Shown here: positions 23,886 through 34,123 of the stretch, in pieces
Layout: every line of letters begins with the position of its first letter
Position numbering within the stretch: the first letter of the stretch is position 1
DNA from: Nitrospirota bacterium
Lineage (GTDB): Bacteria > Nitrospirota > UBA9217
Assembly (NCBI GenBank): GCA_963749655.1
Contig: CAVVOB010000022.1
Location: forward strand, 1-64,000
DNA length: 64,000 bases
Reading direction: 5' to 3'
Notes under the pieces: model-generated
Database searches by the model: none
What the model was told of the DNA's origin: nothing
The model's input: only the letters and a program-made list of their open reading frames with translations
Translations under genes and position numbers: made by a program

Positions 23886-25473
23886 ATGGGTAATGGTAAC
23901 GGATCGCCAAATGCAAGCTCAGCAACAGGAACAAGGAACAGGGTTCAGGACGTTGCGCCGCAGTCAGGTATCTGCGCAGTATGCCTGGACGGATGTCCGG
24001 GGTCCTGCGAAGTCGGGAGATCGTCTTTTCGCGGCAGGGAGGTCATGTATCCCGCGCCCTTCGGCAAGGTTACGGCAGGAGCAACCAAGCAGTATCCGGT
24101 GGATTATTCCCATCTCAACATCCAGGGGACCTGTGTCGGTGCCGTGGGCATGGCCGCTGATTCCGACAAGGCCATCTTTCCCGCCGTATCCACGCAGGTG
24201 GAACTGGGCCACAAGCACAAGGTAAAGCTGAACATCCCCGTCTTCACCGGCGCCCTGGGATCGACGGACATTGCCAAGGACAACTGGGACGGTCTCGCCA
24301 TCGGCGCGGCCATCTCGGGCATCATGGTCGTGATCGGCGAGAACGTGGTGGGCATGGACCCCCAGGCCGAGATCAAGGCCGGCGCGGTCGTGAAATCGCC
24401 GGAGCTCGAGCGCAGGGTGAAGTGTTTCAAGGAATGGTACAACGGCGCCGGCGAGATCATCCTGCAGCAGAACGTCGAGGACACGCGGCTCCGCTCCGCT
24501 GAATACGCAGTCGAGAAGCTCGGCGTGAACTGCATCGAGCTGAAGTGGGGCCAGGGCGCCAAGGACATCGGCGGCGAGGTGAAGCTCAAGACCATGGAGC
24601 GGGCCGACGAGCTCAAGAAGCGCGGCTACATCGTGCTGCCCGATCCGACCGACGCCTCGGTGCGCAAGGGGTTCGAGGAGGAGGAGTTCAAGGAGTTCGA
24701 GCGCCACTCTCGGCTCGGCATGGTGGAGCAGGAAGGGTTCATGAAGGCGGTCCAGCACTACCGCAAGGTCGGCGCGAAGTTCGTGTCCCTCAAGACGGGC
24801 GCCTACCGGATTTCCGACCTCGCGCGCGCCATTCGCTTCGCTTCGGACGCCGAGATCGACCTCTTGACGATCGACGGAGCCGGCGGCGGCACGGGCATGA
24901 GCCCCTGGCGCATGATGAACGAGTGGGGCATCCCCACGATCTATCTCCAGTCCCTCGCCTACAAGTTCGCGTCCCAGCTCAAGGCAAAAGGCAAATACGT
25001 TCCCGATATGGCTATCGCCGGCGGGTTCTCGCTCGAAGACCACATCTTCAAGGGTCTGGCCCTCGGCGCGCCCTATTTCAAGGCCGTCTGCATGGGCAGG
25101 GCGCTCATGATCCCCGCCTTCGTGGGCAAGAACATCAAGAAGTGGATCGAAGAGGACAAGCTGCCCGTGGACATCAAGAAGTACGGCGACGTGCCGGAGC
25201 GCATCTTCATCACCACGGAGATCCTGAAGACACAAGTTCGGAAAGGACTTCGCCCGGATCCCCTGGGGCGCCGTGGCCATGTACACCTTTGCCGACCGGC
25301 TGAAACTGGGTCTCCAGCAGCTCATGGCCGGGGCCAGGAAGTTCTCGCTCCAGTACATCGACCGGAACGACCTCGTTTCCCTGACCAGGGAAGGCGCGGA
25401 TGTCACGGGCATTCCCTATGTCATGGAGTCGGACATGAAGGAAGCGGAGCGCATCCTGACCAACGGCGTCTAG
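23886..25473 (+). CDS. FMN-binding glutamate synthase family protein (stand-alone GltB2 type); frameshift near 25235
   Basis: CAVCLDGC..C, GALGST, ELKWGQGAKDIGGE, DGAGGGTGMSP and AGGF; C-terminus in ORF 25273..25473. Confidence 0.9.
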
Positions 25474-25556
25474 GAGGCCTTGCTCCATCCGATGCGTACA
25501 ACTCACCCCGCTCCGCCCCGATGGGCGGAGCGGGACAATATCCGGGAGCCCAGGAA

Positions 25557-26573
25557 ATGAACAGGACCCTTCACGCCATTCTTTCCATCCTCGACAAGTA
25601 TTCCACCGTCGTCGGTTCGCGGGAGCTCTCCCGCCAGCTCACGCGGCACGGGGTGGAGCTGACGGAACGGACGGTGCGGTATTATCTGAAGATGCTCGAC
25701 CAACAGGGATACACGGAGGTCCACGGCAAGGAAGGGCGGAAGATCACCACGCGGGGCAGGGAAGAGCTTCGGCTTTCACTCGTCTCGGACAAGATCGGGT
25801 TCGTGATCAGCAGGATCGAGACGCTCTCCTATCTGACGACGCTGGATATGGCGACCATGGAAGGCGACGTCATCCTGAACGTCTCCTACTTCCCCCGGAA
25901 GAGCCTGCGAAAGGCCCTTGATCTGCTCAAGCCGGTGTTCGCTTCCCCTTTCGTAATGAGCGACCGCGTCATCCTTGCCCCGGAAGGGGAAGCGATCGGC
26001 GAGGCCGTGGTCCCCGCAGGCATGATGGGGCTCGGCACGATCTGCAGCGTGACCATCAACGGCATCTTTCTGAAGGCGGGAATCCCTGTTGCATCCCGGT
26101 TCGGAGGGGTCGTCGAAACAGCGGACAGCAAGCCCCAGCGGTTCCTGTCGCTGATCAGCTACGCGGGATCGTCCCTTGATCCGCTCGAAGTATTCATTAA
26201 AAGCAAAATGACCGCCGTCTCGAGCGCCGTGATGGGCCGCAACGGAAGGATCCTGGCCAGTTTCCGCGAGATCCCGGTCGTCTGTCTCGACAAGGCTGCC
26301 AAGCTGGCGCGGACGCTCGAAGACCGGGGCATCCGCGGCATCCTGATGATCGGGGGTCCGAACAAGCCCCTTCTGGAAGTGCCCGTGGGGATCGACAAGG
26401 TCGGGATCGTGATCATCGGAGGGCTCAACCCCGTGGCCGTCCTGGAAGAAGCGGGAATCGCAACGGAAAGCAAGGCCATGTCTACGCTCTTCGACTATAC
26501 CGGCCTCGATTCCTTCAAGGATGTTCTGCGCAGTTACCAGCCGGCCCTCAAGACCCGTACCCTCTCCGCCTGA
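25557..26573 (+). CDS. nrpR: NrpR family nitrogen regulator (wHTH + DUF128/NRD)
   Basis: MNRTLHAIL..ERTVRYYLK..GRKIT..GREEL, TICSVTING, ISYAGSSLDPLE, ASFREIP and GGLNP. Confidence 0.88.
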   Translation: MNRTLHAILSILDKYSTVVGSRELSRQLTRHGVELTERTVRYYLKMLDQQGYTEVHGKEGRKITTRGREELRLSLVSDKIGFVISRIETLSYLTTLDMATMEGDVILNVSYFPRKSLRKALDLLKPVFASPFVMSDRVILAPEGEAIGEAVVPAGMMGLGTICSVTINGIFLKAGIPVASRFGGVVETADSKPQRFLSLISYAGSSLDPLEVFIKSKMTAVSSAVMGRNGRILASFREIPVVCLDKAAKLARTLEDRGIRGILMIGGPNKPLLEVPVGIDKVGIVIIGGLNPVAVLEEAGIATESKAMSTLFDYTGLDSFKDVLRSYQPALKTRTLSA

Positions 26574-26629
26574 AGCGTGCAACCGGCGCCCGCCAGCCCT
26601 CCATCACACGGCAAACACACAGTTTTCCC

Positions 26630-26657
26630 TTGACAGCAGAGCTCGACCGGGTGTAAT
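26630..26657 (+). promoter_or_regulatory. Sigma70-like promoter
   Basis: TTGACA-16 nt-TGTAAT. Confidence 0.5.
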
Positions 26658-26691
26658 GTACGTCGTTACTCGGCAATGTATTGCCGTCTGG

Positions 26692-26718
26692 AAGCCCCTC
26701 GCGGAGGGGCTTTTTTTT
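26692..26718 (+). terminator. Intrinsic terminator
   Basis: AAGCCCCTC-GCG-GAGGGGCTT, with the stem ending in an 8-nt T run. Confidence 0.85.
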
Positions 26719-26953
26719 CCGCTCACCGATCGCATGCTTCACCGCGGCCCATGGCCGTTCGCGGGCTCCGTTCCCGGGTACAGCCGGGGCCGGAGAAGCG
26801 GAAGACATTCTAAGACAGCATCCCAATTCCAGCACTCCCGGTCTATAATAAGACAACAGGACATTTCAGTGTTGGCGGTTGAACGATGCATTTCGGTTCT
26901 CCCCGTCTGCATCTCGGCTCCGGCGGGGGGGCTGCAGGAAGAGGAGTGAGGGT

Positions 26954-28063
26954 ATGTGCCGTTTGAGCGCAATCACCTCGGGCGACTATATTTCCCCCAT
27001 GGAGAACATCCATGCGCTCGAGACCATGAAGGAAGGGCATGACGGGTCCGGACTCGGACTCATGCTCAAGGACCTGGGCGGGCCTTTTGCGGAGCTGAAG
27101 CAGTACCCCATCCTTTCGGCAATTTGTTCGAACAAGGGGCTCCGGAACCTCGAAGAATACATGAAGGCCCACGGGTTCAAGGAACAGTTCACCTGGGCCC
27201 CCTCCATCAAGAACGTTCCGGGCATCGAACGCCGGGAGCACTACATCGCCAAGGTGTACGACTACCCCGAGTCGTACCGGGACCAGCCCCTGCGCGTAAA
27301 GGAAGACCTGCTCATGAACACGCGGCTGGCGCTCCGGAAAATGGGAGAGCCCGACGAATCGCTCTTCGTGTTCTCCTTCTATCCCGACGTGCTCACGCTC
27401 AAGGAGGTCGGTGACCCGCTCCAACTGGGCGAGTTCTTCGGCCTCGAAAAGTCCGACATCAAATCGAAGATCGTGCTGGCCCAGGGACGGCAGAACACCA
27501 ACTACGCAATCTATCTCTATGCCTGCCATCCCTTCTTCATCCAGGGCTACGGCACGATGACGAACGGCGAGAACACGGCCTTCGTGCCCATTCGTGAATT
27601 TCTCACGGGCCGCGGCAACCCGGGGTACATGGGATACAACTCCGATTCCGAGGTCTTCACCCATATCCTGCATTATACGAACCGGTCGCTGGGGTATCCG
27701 CTCCATTACTACAAGGACGTGATCACGCCGCTGAAGGACGCCGAGATCGAGAAGCGTTCGGACGGCGCGGCGCTCCGGCTTCTCAAGAAGTCGCTCCGGC
27801 CGCTCTGCATCGACGGCCCGAACTGCGTGATCGGGTTCACGCCCGACGGCTCGGTCTTCATGGTGCAGGATTCGAAGAAACTGCGGCCCGGCGTCGTGGG
27901 CGGCAAGCCCGGAAAGTACGCGCTCATGTCCGAGGTCTGCGGCGTTGACAGCGCAATTCCCGGCAGGGACAAGGCAACGGACATCTTCCCCATGAAGTAC
28001 GACATGGTGATCATCGCGCCCGGGGCGCGGGAGGTTAAGGTATGGAATCAGCTGCACGGTTAG
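26954..28063 (+). CDS. Class II glutamine amidotransferase (split glutamate synthase GltB1-type subunit)
   Basis: N-terminal nucleophile MCR, GHDGSG, QGRQNTN, CHPF, NGEN, DSE and DSKKLRP. Confidence 0.9.
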   Translation: MCRLSAITSGDYISPMENIHALETMKEGHDGSGLGLMLKDLGGPFAELKQYPILSAICSNKGLRNLEEYMKAHGFKEQFTWAPSIKNVPGIERREHYIAKVYDYPESYRDQPLRVKEDLLMNTRLALRKMGEPDESLFVFSFYPDVLTLKEVGDPLQLGEFFGLEKSDIKSKIVLAQGRQNTNYAIYLYACHPFFIQGYGTMTNGENTAFVPIREFLTGRGNPGYMGYNSDSEVFTHILHYTNRSLGYPLHYYKDVITPLKDAEIEKRSDGAALRLLKKSLRPLCIDGPNCVIGFTPDGSVFMVQDSKKLRPGVVGGKPGKYALMSEVCGVDSAIPGRDKATDIFPMKYDMVIIAPGAREVKVWNQLHG

Positions 28064-29698
28064 ACAAGAACCACCAGCTCTCGATAAAAGAGCTTCCTTA
28101 TATTATCCAGTGGCGCGAGGACCGCTGCACGCGGTGCGGACGCTGCACCGCCGTCTGCCCCATGAAGGCCATCGAGGCGACGGTCTACACGCAGCGCGTG
28201 GTTTCTTCAGAAGGCTCGAATCCGGAGCCCAGGGTCACGCGGCGGCTGAGCCAGGTCGTGCGCCAGGTCACGGACATCGACCGCTACTGCATCGGCTGCG
28301 GCACCTGTTCGCTCGTCTGCCCCACGGACGCCATCTTCCCGGAATACAATTTCCAGCACAAGCTCTACCATTTCAGGAACAAGGGCGGCATCCCGTTCAT
28401 GCGCGGCGGCAGACGGAACGATCCGTCGCAGTCGACCCTCGACAAGCTCAAGTTCACGCGCATCTCGATGCTGACCGATCCGGCGCTCGATGCCGGCAGG
28501 CACGAGTTCCGCGTCAGGACGCTTCTGGGCAGGAACCTTCCGGCCGAACAGCTTCCCCTGAAGGTGGTGGGCGACAACCTGACGATCACCGATCATACGT
28601 TCATCCCGCCGGTGCGCGAGATCTTCCCGATCCGCATCGGCTCCATGTCCATCGGCGCTCTTTCTCCCCACATGTGGGAGGGGCTTGCCATGGGCATCAC
28701 GTACCTGAACGAGGTGGAAGGCATCCCGGTGGTCATGTGCTCGGGCGAGGGCGGCATGCCGCCGTCGATCCTCAAGTCGCGCTACATCAAGTATTTCATT
28801 CTCCAGATCGCGTCGGGCTACTTCGGCTGGGACGAGATCATCCGCGCTCTTCCCGACATGATCGAGGACCCCGCGGCCATCGAGATCAAGTACGGCCAGG
28901 GCGCAAAGCCCGGCGACGGCGGGACTGCTCCAGGCCTACAAGGTGCTGGGCCTCATCGCCAAGATCCGCGGCGTTCCGCAGTTCGTGGACCTGGCCTCGC
29001 CGCCCACGCACCAGACGAAATATTCCATCGAAGAAGCGGTCGCGAAGATGATCCAGTCCATGTCCATGGCCTGGGGCTTCCGCGTGCCGGTCTATCCCAA
29101 GATCTCCGGCACCAAGACGGCACGGGCGGTGCTGAACAACCTGGCGCGCAATCCCTATGCCGCGGCGCTCTGCATCGACGGCGAGGACGGCGGCACGGGC
29201 GCGGCCTACAACGTTTCCATGGACAAGATGGGCCATCCCATCGCGTCGAACATCCGCGACTGCTACCTCGATCTCGTGAAGCAGGGCAAACAGAACGAGC
29301 TTCCGCTGATCGCCGCGGGCGGCGTGGGCAAGGGCGGCAACCTGGCGGCCAACGCGGCCGCGCTCATCATGCTCGGCGCATCGGCCGTGGACATCGGCAA
29401 GTACATCATGCAGGCCGCAGCCGGCTGCTTCGGCGACGAGTACAACCGCTGCAACGTCTGCAACCTCGGCAAGTGCCCGCGGGGCATCACGACCCAGGAC
29501 CCGAAGCTGTACCGCAGGCTCGATCCCGACAAAGTCGCGGAGCGGGTCGTCGAGGTGTTCAAGGCCGCTGACGTGGAGCTCAAGAAGATCTTCGCGCCCC
29601 TGGGCAGGAGCACCGAGCTTCCCATCGGCATGTCCGACGCCCTGGGCGTCAATGACAAGGAGATCGCGGACCGGCTTTCGATCAGCTACGTTTGTTAA
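28042..29698 (+). CDS. Glutamate synthase FMN subunit with N-terminal 2x[4Fe-4S]; frameshift near 28925
   Basis: CTRCGRC..CP, CIGCGTC..CP, MSIGALS, EIKYGQGAKPGDGG, DGEDGGTG and C..CN.C..CPRGITTQDP. Confidence 0.92.
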
Positions 29699-29890
29699 AT
29701 GCGGCAATGTGCGGAATTACGGAATTGCAGAATCAAAGCGGATTTTCGGCAAACGAAAGATGCATTATGATCAACGTGAAAGTATAAATTCTGACCGATT
29801 GAATCAGTGATACAGACGATAAATAAGAAATTTGACGTTAACTCTGAATGCATCTGTGGTTCCTAGTATATTCTGGCTTAGAGGAAAGAT

Positions 29891-32227
29891 ATGATAATCA
29901 AGGGCAATATCGACGGAAAACGGGTCTCTTCCAAGGACCTCGAAGAGCAGCTCCAGAAGGCCATCAAGGACGGGGCCAGGGAGCTCACGGTCGTGGCCGA
30001 CGGCCAGCACGGCATCGGCGGACGCATCTGGCCGCAGACCGAGAAGATCAAGGTCATCATCGAGGGCACGGCAGGCCAGCGCGTCGGCAGCATGGGCATG
30101 GACAACACCGAGATCGTGGTCAAAGGATCGTCATCCGACGATACGGGCTGGCTCAACTGCGGGGCCGTCATCACGGTACTGGGCGACGTGGCGAACGGGG
30201 CGCATAACGCGGCAGCCCAGGGCAAGCTCTACGTCCAGGGCGGCGGCGGTGCGCGCTGCGATACGATGACCAAGAAGAACCCGAGGTTCCCGAACCTCGA
30301 GTCCTGGTACTTCCGGGGCGTGGGCGATTCCTTTGCCGAGTTCAAGGCAGGCGGCATCGCCGTGGTCTGCGGTGTGAATCCCCGCGACCCCGAGAACATC
30401 CTGGGCTACCGCCCCTGCGTGGGCATGGTCGGCGGCACGATCTATTTCCGCGGCCCGATCAAGGAATACAGCAAGAGCGGATGTGCAGCTCGCGGAACTG
30501 ACGCCCCAGGACTGGGAGTGGCTCAACGAGAACATGAAGCCCTATCTCACGGCCATCGACCGCATGTCCCACTATGAGGAGCTGACGAAGGACATCAGCG
30601 CCTGGAAGAAGCTCATCGCCTTTACGCCTGCGGAGAAAGCACAAGGCCAAGGGCAAGCTCAAGATGGGACTCACCGAGTTCCGTCTGAACGTGTGGGAAA
30701 AGGAAGTGGGCAAGGGCGGCATGTTCGGCGCCTACCTGACCCATGACCGCTCGCGTGCTTCCCTATATAACCACCGGCGAAGAGCGACGCTGGAAGCCGC
30801 AGTGGAAGAACGACAAGTATCTTCCGCCCTGCGCCTATGCCTGCCCGTCGCGCATCCCGTCGCACAAGCGCGCGACCCTGATCAGGCAGGGGAGGACCGC
30901 CGAAGCGCTGGCGCTCGTGCTCCAGTACAGCCCGCTGCCGGCAACGGTCTGCGGCACGGTCTGCCCCAACCTCTGCATGACCGACTGCACCCGCGGCCGC
31001 GTGGACGAGCCGCTCAATATCAAGGAATACGGCTCAGCAGCGCTGAACCTGAAGGCTCCGAAGAAGGCAAAAGCGACCGGCCAGAAGCGTCGCGATCATC
31101 GGCGGCGGGCCGGGCGGCCTTTCGGCTGCCTGGCAGCTCGGCCTCAAAGGCCATACCGTGGATCTCTACGAAGCATCGCGAAAGATCGGCGGCAAGCTCG
31201 AGATGTGCATCCCCCGCGAGCGCCTGCCCAAGAAGATCCTGGACAAGGAACTTTCGCGCTTTGCCGAGATCGGCGTGAACGTCCAGGTGAAGTCTCCCGT
31301 GGACAAGAAGAAGTTCGAGAAGATCTACAAGGACCACGATGTGGTGATCATTGCCGTGGGCGCCCAGGAAGGCCGCGTGATCCCGTTCCCGGGGCATGAG
31401 GACGTGGTCAAGGGCATCGATTATCTCAAGGAGATCAACTTCGGCAAGCCCCGGAACATCAAGGGCAGGAAGGTCGTCGTGATCGGCGCGGGCAACGTGG
31501 GCATGGACATCGCGTGCCAGGCCTGGGACCACGGCGCATCGTCCGTGACCGCCGTCGACGTGCAGAAGCCGGCGGCCTTCGGCAAGGAGATGGAGCTTGC
31601 TTCGTCAAAGGGGACGCAGATCCTGTTCCCGAAGCTGACCGAGAAGTACGATGCGAAGGCAAAGAAGATCTATTTCAAGGACGGCACGTCAGCCTCGACG
31701 CGGACGCTGGTGATCATCTCCATCGGCGACAAGCCGGTGCTCGATTTCCTGCCGCCGTCGATCAACACCGAGCGCGGGCTACATCACGGTGAACGAACTG
31801 GGCCAGACCTCGGACGTGAAGGTCTTCGCCATCGGCGACGCGACCAAGCCCGGCCTCGTGACCCATGCCATCGGCGCGGGCAAGGTCGCCGCGGACAAGA
31901 TCCATGCGCTGCTCATGAACACCGACTACGTGCCCGAAGAGCGGCGCGTGATCCCGTACGAGAGGATCAAGACCGAGTATTACGAGGTCTGCAGGCTCTC
32001 GGACATCAAGTTCTCCGCCGAAGAAGGAAGCCGACCGCTGCATGTCCTGCGGCTCCTGCCGCGACTGCGGCATGTGCGAACAGTCGTGCTACTACGGCGC
32101 CATCACGCGGAAGAAGCTTCCGAACAAGTCCTTCGAGTACGTGGTGGATGAATCGAAGTGCATCGGCTGCGGCTTCTGCGCGGGCATCTGCCCCTGCGGC
32201 GTGTGGGAGATGGTGGAGAACGTGTAG
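29891..32227 (+). CDS. GltB3 (GXGXG) + GltD-like FAD oxidoreductase + ferredoxin fusion, frameshifted
   Basis: GQHGIGGR, GVGDSFAEF, CVGMVGG; PPCAYACP, CGTVCPNLC; IGAGNVGMD; CGSCRDCGMC and CIGCGFCAGICP. Confidence 0.88.
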
Positions 32228-32313
32228 AATTCATCAACCGCGACGGGAAATGAATTCGCACGATCGGAATGAAAACGAAGCATTCAGAACATGCGGAAAA
32301 ATGATTCTGATCG

Positions 32314-32564
32314 GCCACGAATTTCACGAATTGAATTCTTAGGCCAGGTTTAATTCGTTAATGCTTGTTTCTAATTCGTGTCAATCCGTGTTAATTCGTG
32401 GTAAAAACTGTTTTTGATTTAGCGTCTGTAAACTGATTAAAATCAGCCACGAATTTCACGAATTTTCACGAGTTGAATTCTTAAACCAGGTTTAATTCGT
32501 TAATGCTTCGTTTCTAATTCGTGCCAATCCGTGTTAATTCGTGGCAAAAGCTGCTTTTGATTTA
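32314..32564. repeat. Two tandem ~110-120 bp palindromic units
   Basis: 32314-32421 and 32446-32564 are near identical; each runs GCCACGAATT...AATTCGTGG. Confidence 0.9.
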
Positions 32565-32596
32565 AAAGCCCGCCAAAAATCCGGCGGGCTTCTTTA
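32565..32596 (+). terminator. Intrinsic terminator
   Basis: AAGCCCGCC...GGCGGGCTT followed by CTTTA. Confidence 0.7.
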
Positions 32597-32704
32597 TTCC
32601 TCCCTTTACATCTCTCCAAATCTGTTGTACTGTTTCCTTAAAGTAAAATAGATAATGGCCGGCATATGCCGGACCGGATTTGTTATGATATAAGGAGAGA
32701 CCAT

Positions 32705-33043
32705 ATGTCGGATTTTTTCGGGAAAATGAAAATCAAGGCCATCCTTATTGCAGTCGTTGCTTGTATCCTGACGATCCTGTACAGCTACTTCGTCGCGGAC
32801 ACGGTGCAGACGAGGATCACCGACGCCCAGATGACGAAGGTCGACGGGAGATTCATGATCGCCACCGAGTATCGTCCCTTCGTCAATGAAGACGCCCGGT
32901 ACCGGTTCAAGTTCGATTCCGGCACGGTCCAGAATGAGGCGATCCGGCTGAAGGGCAAGGAAGTCAGGATCAAGAAATACGGTTGGAGAATACCGATTTT
33001 GTCGATGTATGAGAACGTGGTGAAGATCGAAGAAGCAAAGTAG
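32705..33043 (+). CDS. DUF1523-like membrane-anchored protein
   Basis: N-terminal TM segment, FVNED...KFDS and YGWRIPILSMYENVV; AGGAG RBS. Confidence 0.7.
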   Translation: MSDFFGKMKIKAILIAVVACILTILYSYFVADTVQTRITDAQMTKVDGRFMIATEYRPFVNEDARYRFKFDSGTVQNEAIRLKGKEVRIKKYGWRIPILSMYENVVKIEEAK

Positions 33044-33189
33044 CAAAGCCAGGGAGCCCGTGGTCCGAAAAAAGTCACGTCTCTTCCTTTAATCTGAAAG
33101 TCGTCGCGGCTCACTCCGCCCTCCCCGTTGTCTTGACTCCTGCGGCATGATGAAGTACAATCACGCATTCTCGGGGACGTATTTTTTAC

Positions 33190-33984
33190 ATGGATCATAA
33201 CGAACTTCTTGCGCTCAAGCAGTGGTTTGACGACTACTGCAGCTCCTTTTCGACGCCTGTCGAGGAAGACCAGCGAAATTTCGCGATCAAGCAGTATCAT
33301 ACGCGGCAGGTCTGCCTGAACGCCCTGCGAATCGCCGGCGATTTGGGGCTCGGTGCGAACGAAACGCTTCTTGCCGAGGCGATCGCCCTGTTCCACGACG
33401 TGGGGAGGTTCCCGCAATACCGCCGGTTCAAGACGTTCGACGACGGCATCTCGGTTAATCACGCAGCGATCGGAGCAAAGGTCCTCCTGGACGAAAACGT
33501 ACTCCACCGGCTGCCGGACCAGGAGCGCACCATCATACTTCGGGCCGTCACCCTTCACAACGTCTTCATGCTTCCCCCGGATCTCGACCAGGCAACCCTC
33601 CTGCTTTCCCGGCTGATCCGCGACGCCGACAAACTCGATATCCTGCGGGTGGTCATTGAGTATTTTTATCAGGACGAGCATTCCCGGGCCGAGGCGGTGG
33701 CATTGGGGCTGAAGGACACGACGGGATATTCAGAAAAGGTCCTGGCCTCGCTGAAACGGGGCGAAATGGCCCGCAAGTCGGATCTGACGAACCTGAACGA
33801 TTTCAAGCTGCTGCAGCTTGCGTGGCTGTATGACCTCAATTTTTCCGGCTCGCTGCGGATTGCCCTGGAACGGGATTATATCGATGAACTCGTGCGCCTG
33901 CTGCCCGCCACGGACGCCGTCAGGGAAGCGGCGGACCTCGTCCGGTCCTTTGTCTCCAAGAAGCTGCGCGCCGTGGAAGTGTGA
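33190..33984 (+). CDS. HD-domain phosphohydrolase
   Basis: K..HT, LFHDVGRF.Q, NHA, HN and IRDADKLD. Confidence 0.9.
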   Translation: MDHNELLALKQWFDDYCSSFSTPVEEDQRNFAIKQYHTRQVCLNALRIAGDLGLGANETLLAEAIALFHDVGRFPQYRRFKTFDDGISVNHAAIGAKVLLDENVLHRLPDQERTIILRAVTLHNVFMLPPDLDQATLLLSRLIRDADKLDILRVVIEYFYQDEHSRAEAVALGLKDTTGYSEKVLASLKRGEMARKSDLTNLNDFKLLQLAWLYDLNFSGSLRIALERDYIDELVRLLPATDAVREAADLVRSFVSKKLRAVEV

Positions 33985-34123
33985 GGCGGAGTCCGAACCA
34001 GTCTAAGAATTGGCTTTACTCCGTGCGGTCTTATTTGGTATGATAACGGTTATCCGCATTCCAACCGGGTGGAACCTCTTCACGAGGCGTATCCCGGAAT
34101 GATGCATTTTGGTGAGGAGTTTC

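Noticed and set aside
23886-26573. 895-aa glutamate synthase-NrpR fusion in the ORF track
   Set aside because: A frameshift near 25235 diverts the frame. The true synthase C-terminus is in 25273..25473 with its own stop and a following hairpin, and nrpR has its own ATG at 25557.
29815-29840. AAATAAGAAATTTGAC resembling the 62280 operator half
   Set aside because: Only a half-site match in AT-rich promoter DNA, with no palindrome; likely coincidence.
32314-32564. CRISPR array
   Set aside because: Only two long units, no unique spacers between short constant repeats, and no cas genes in the window.
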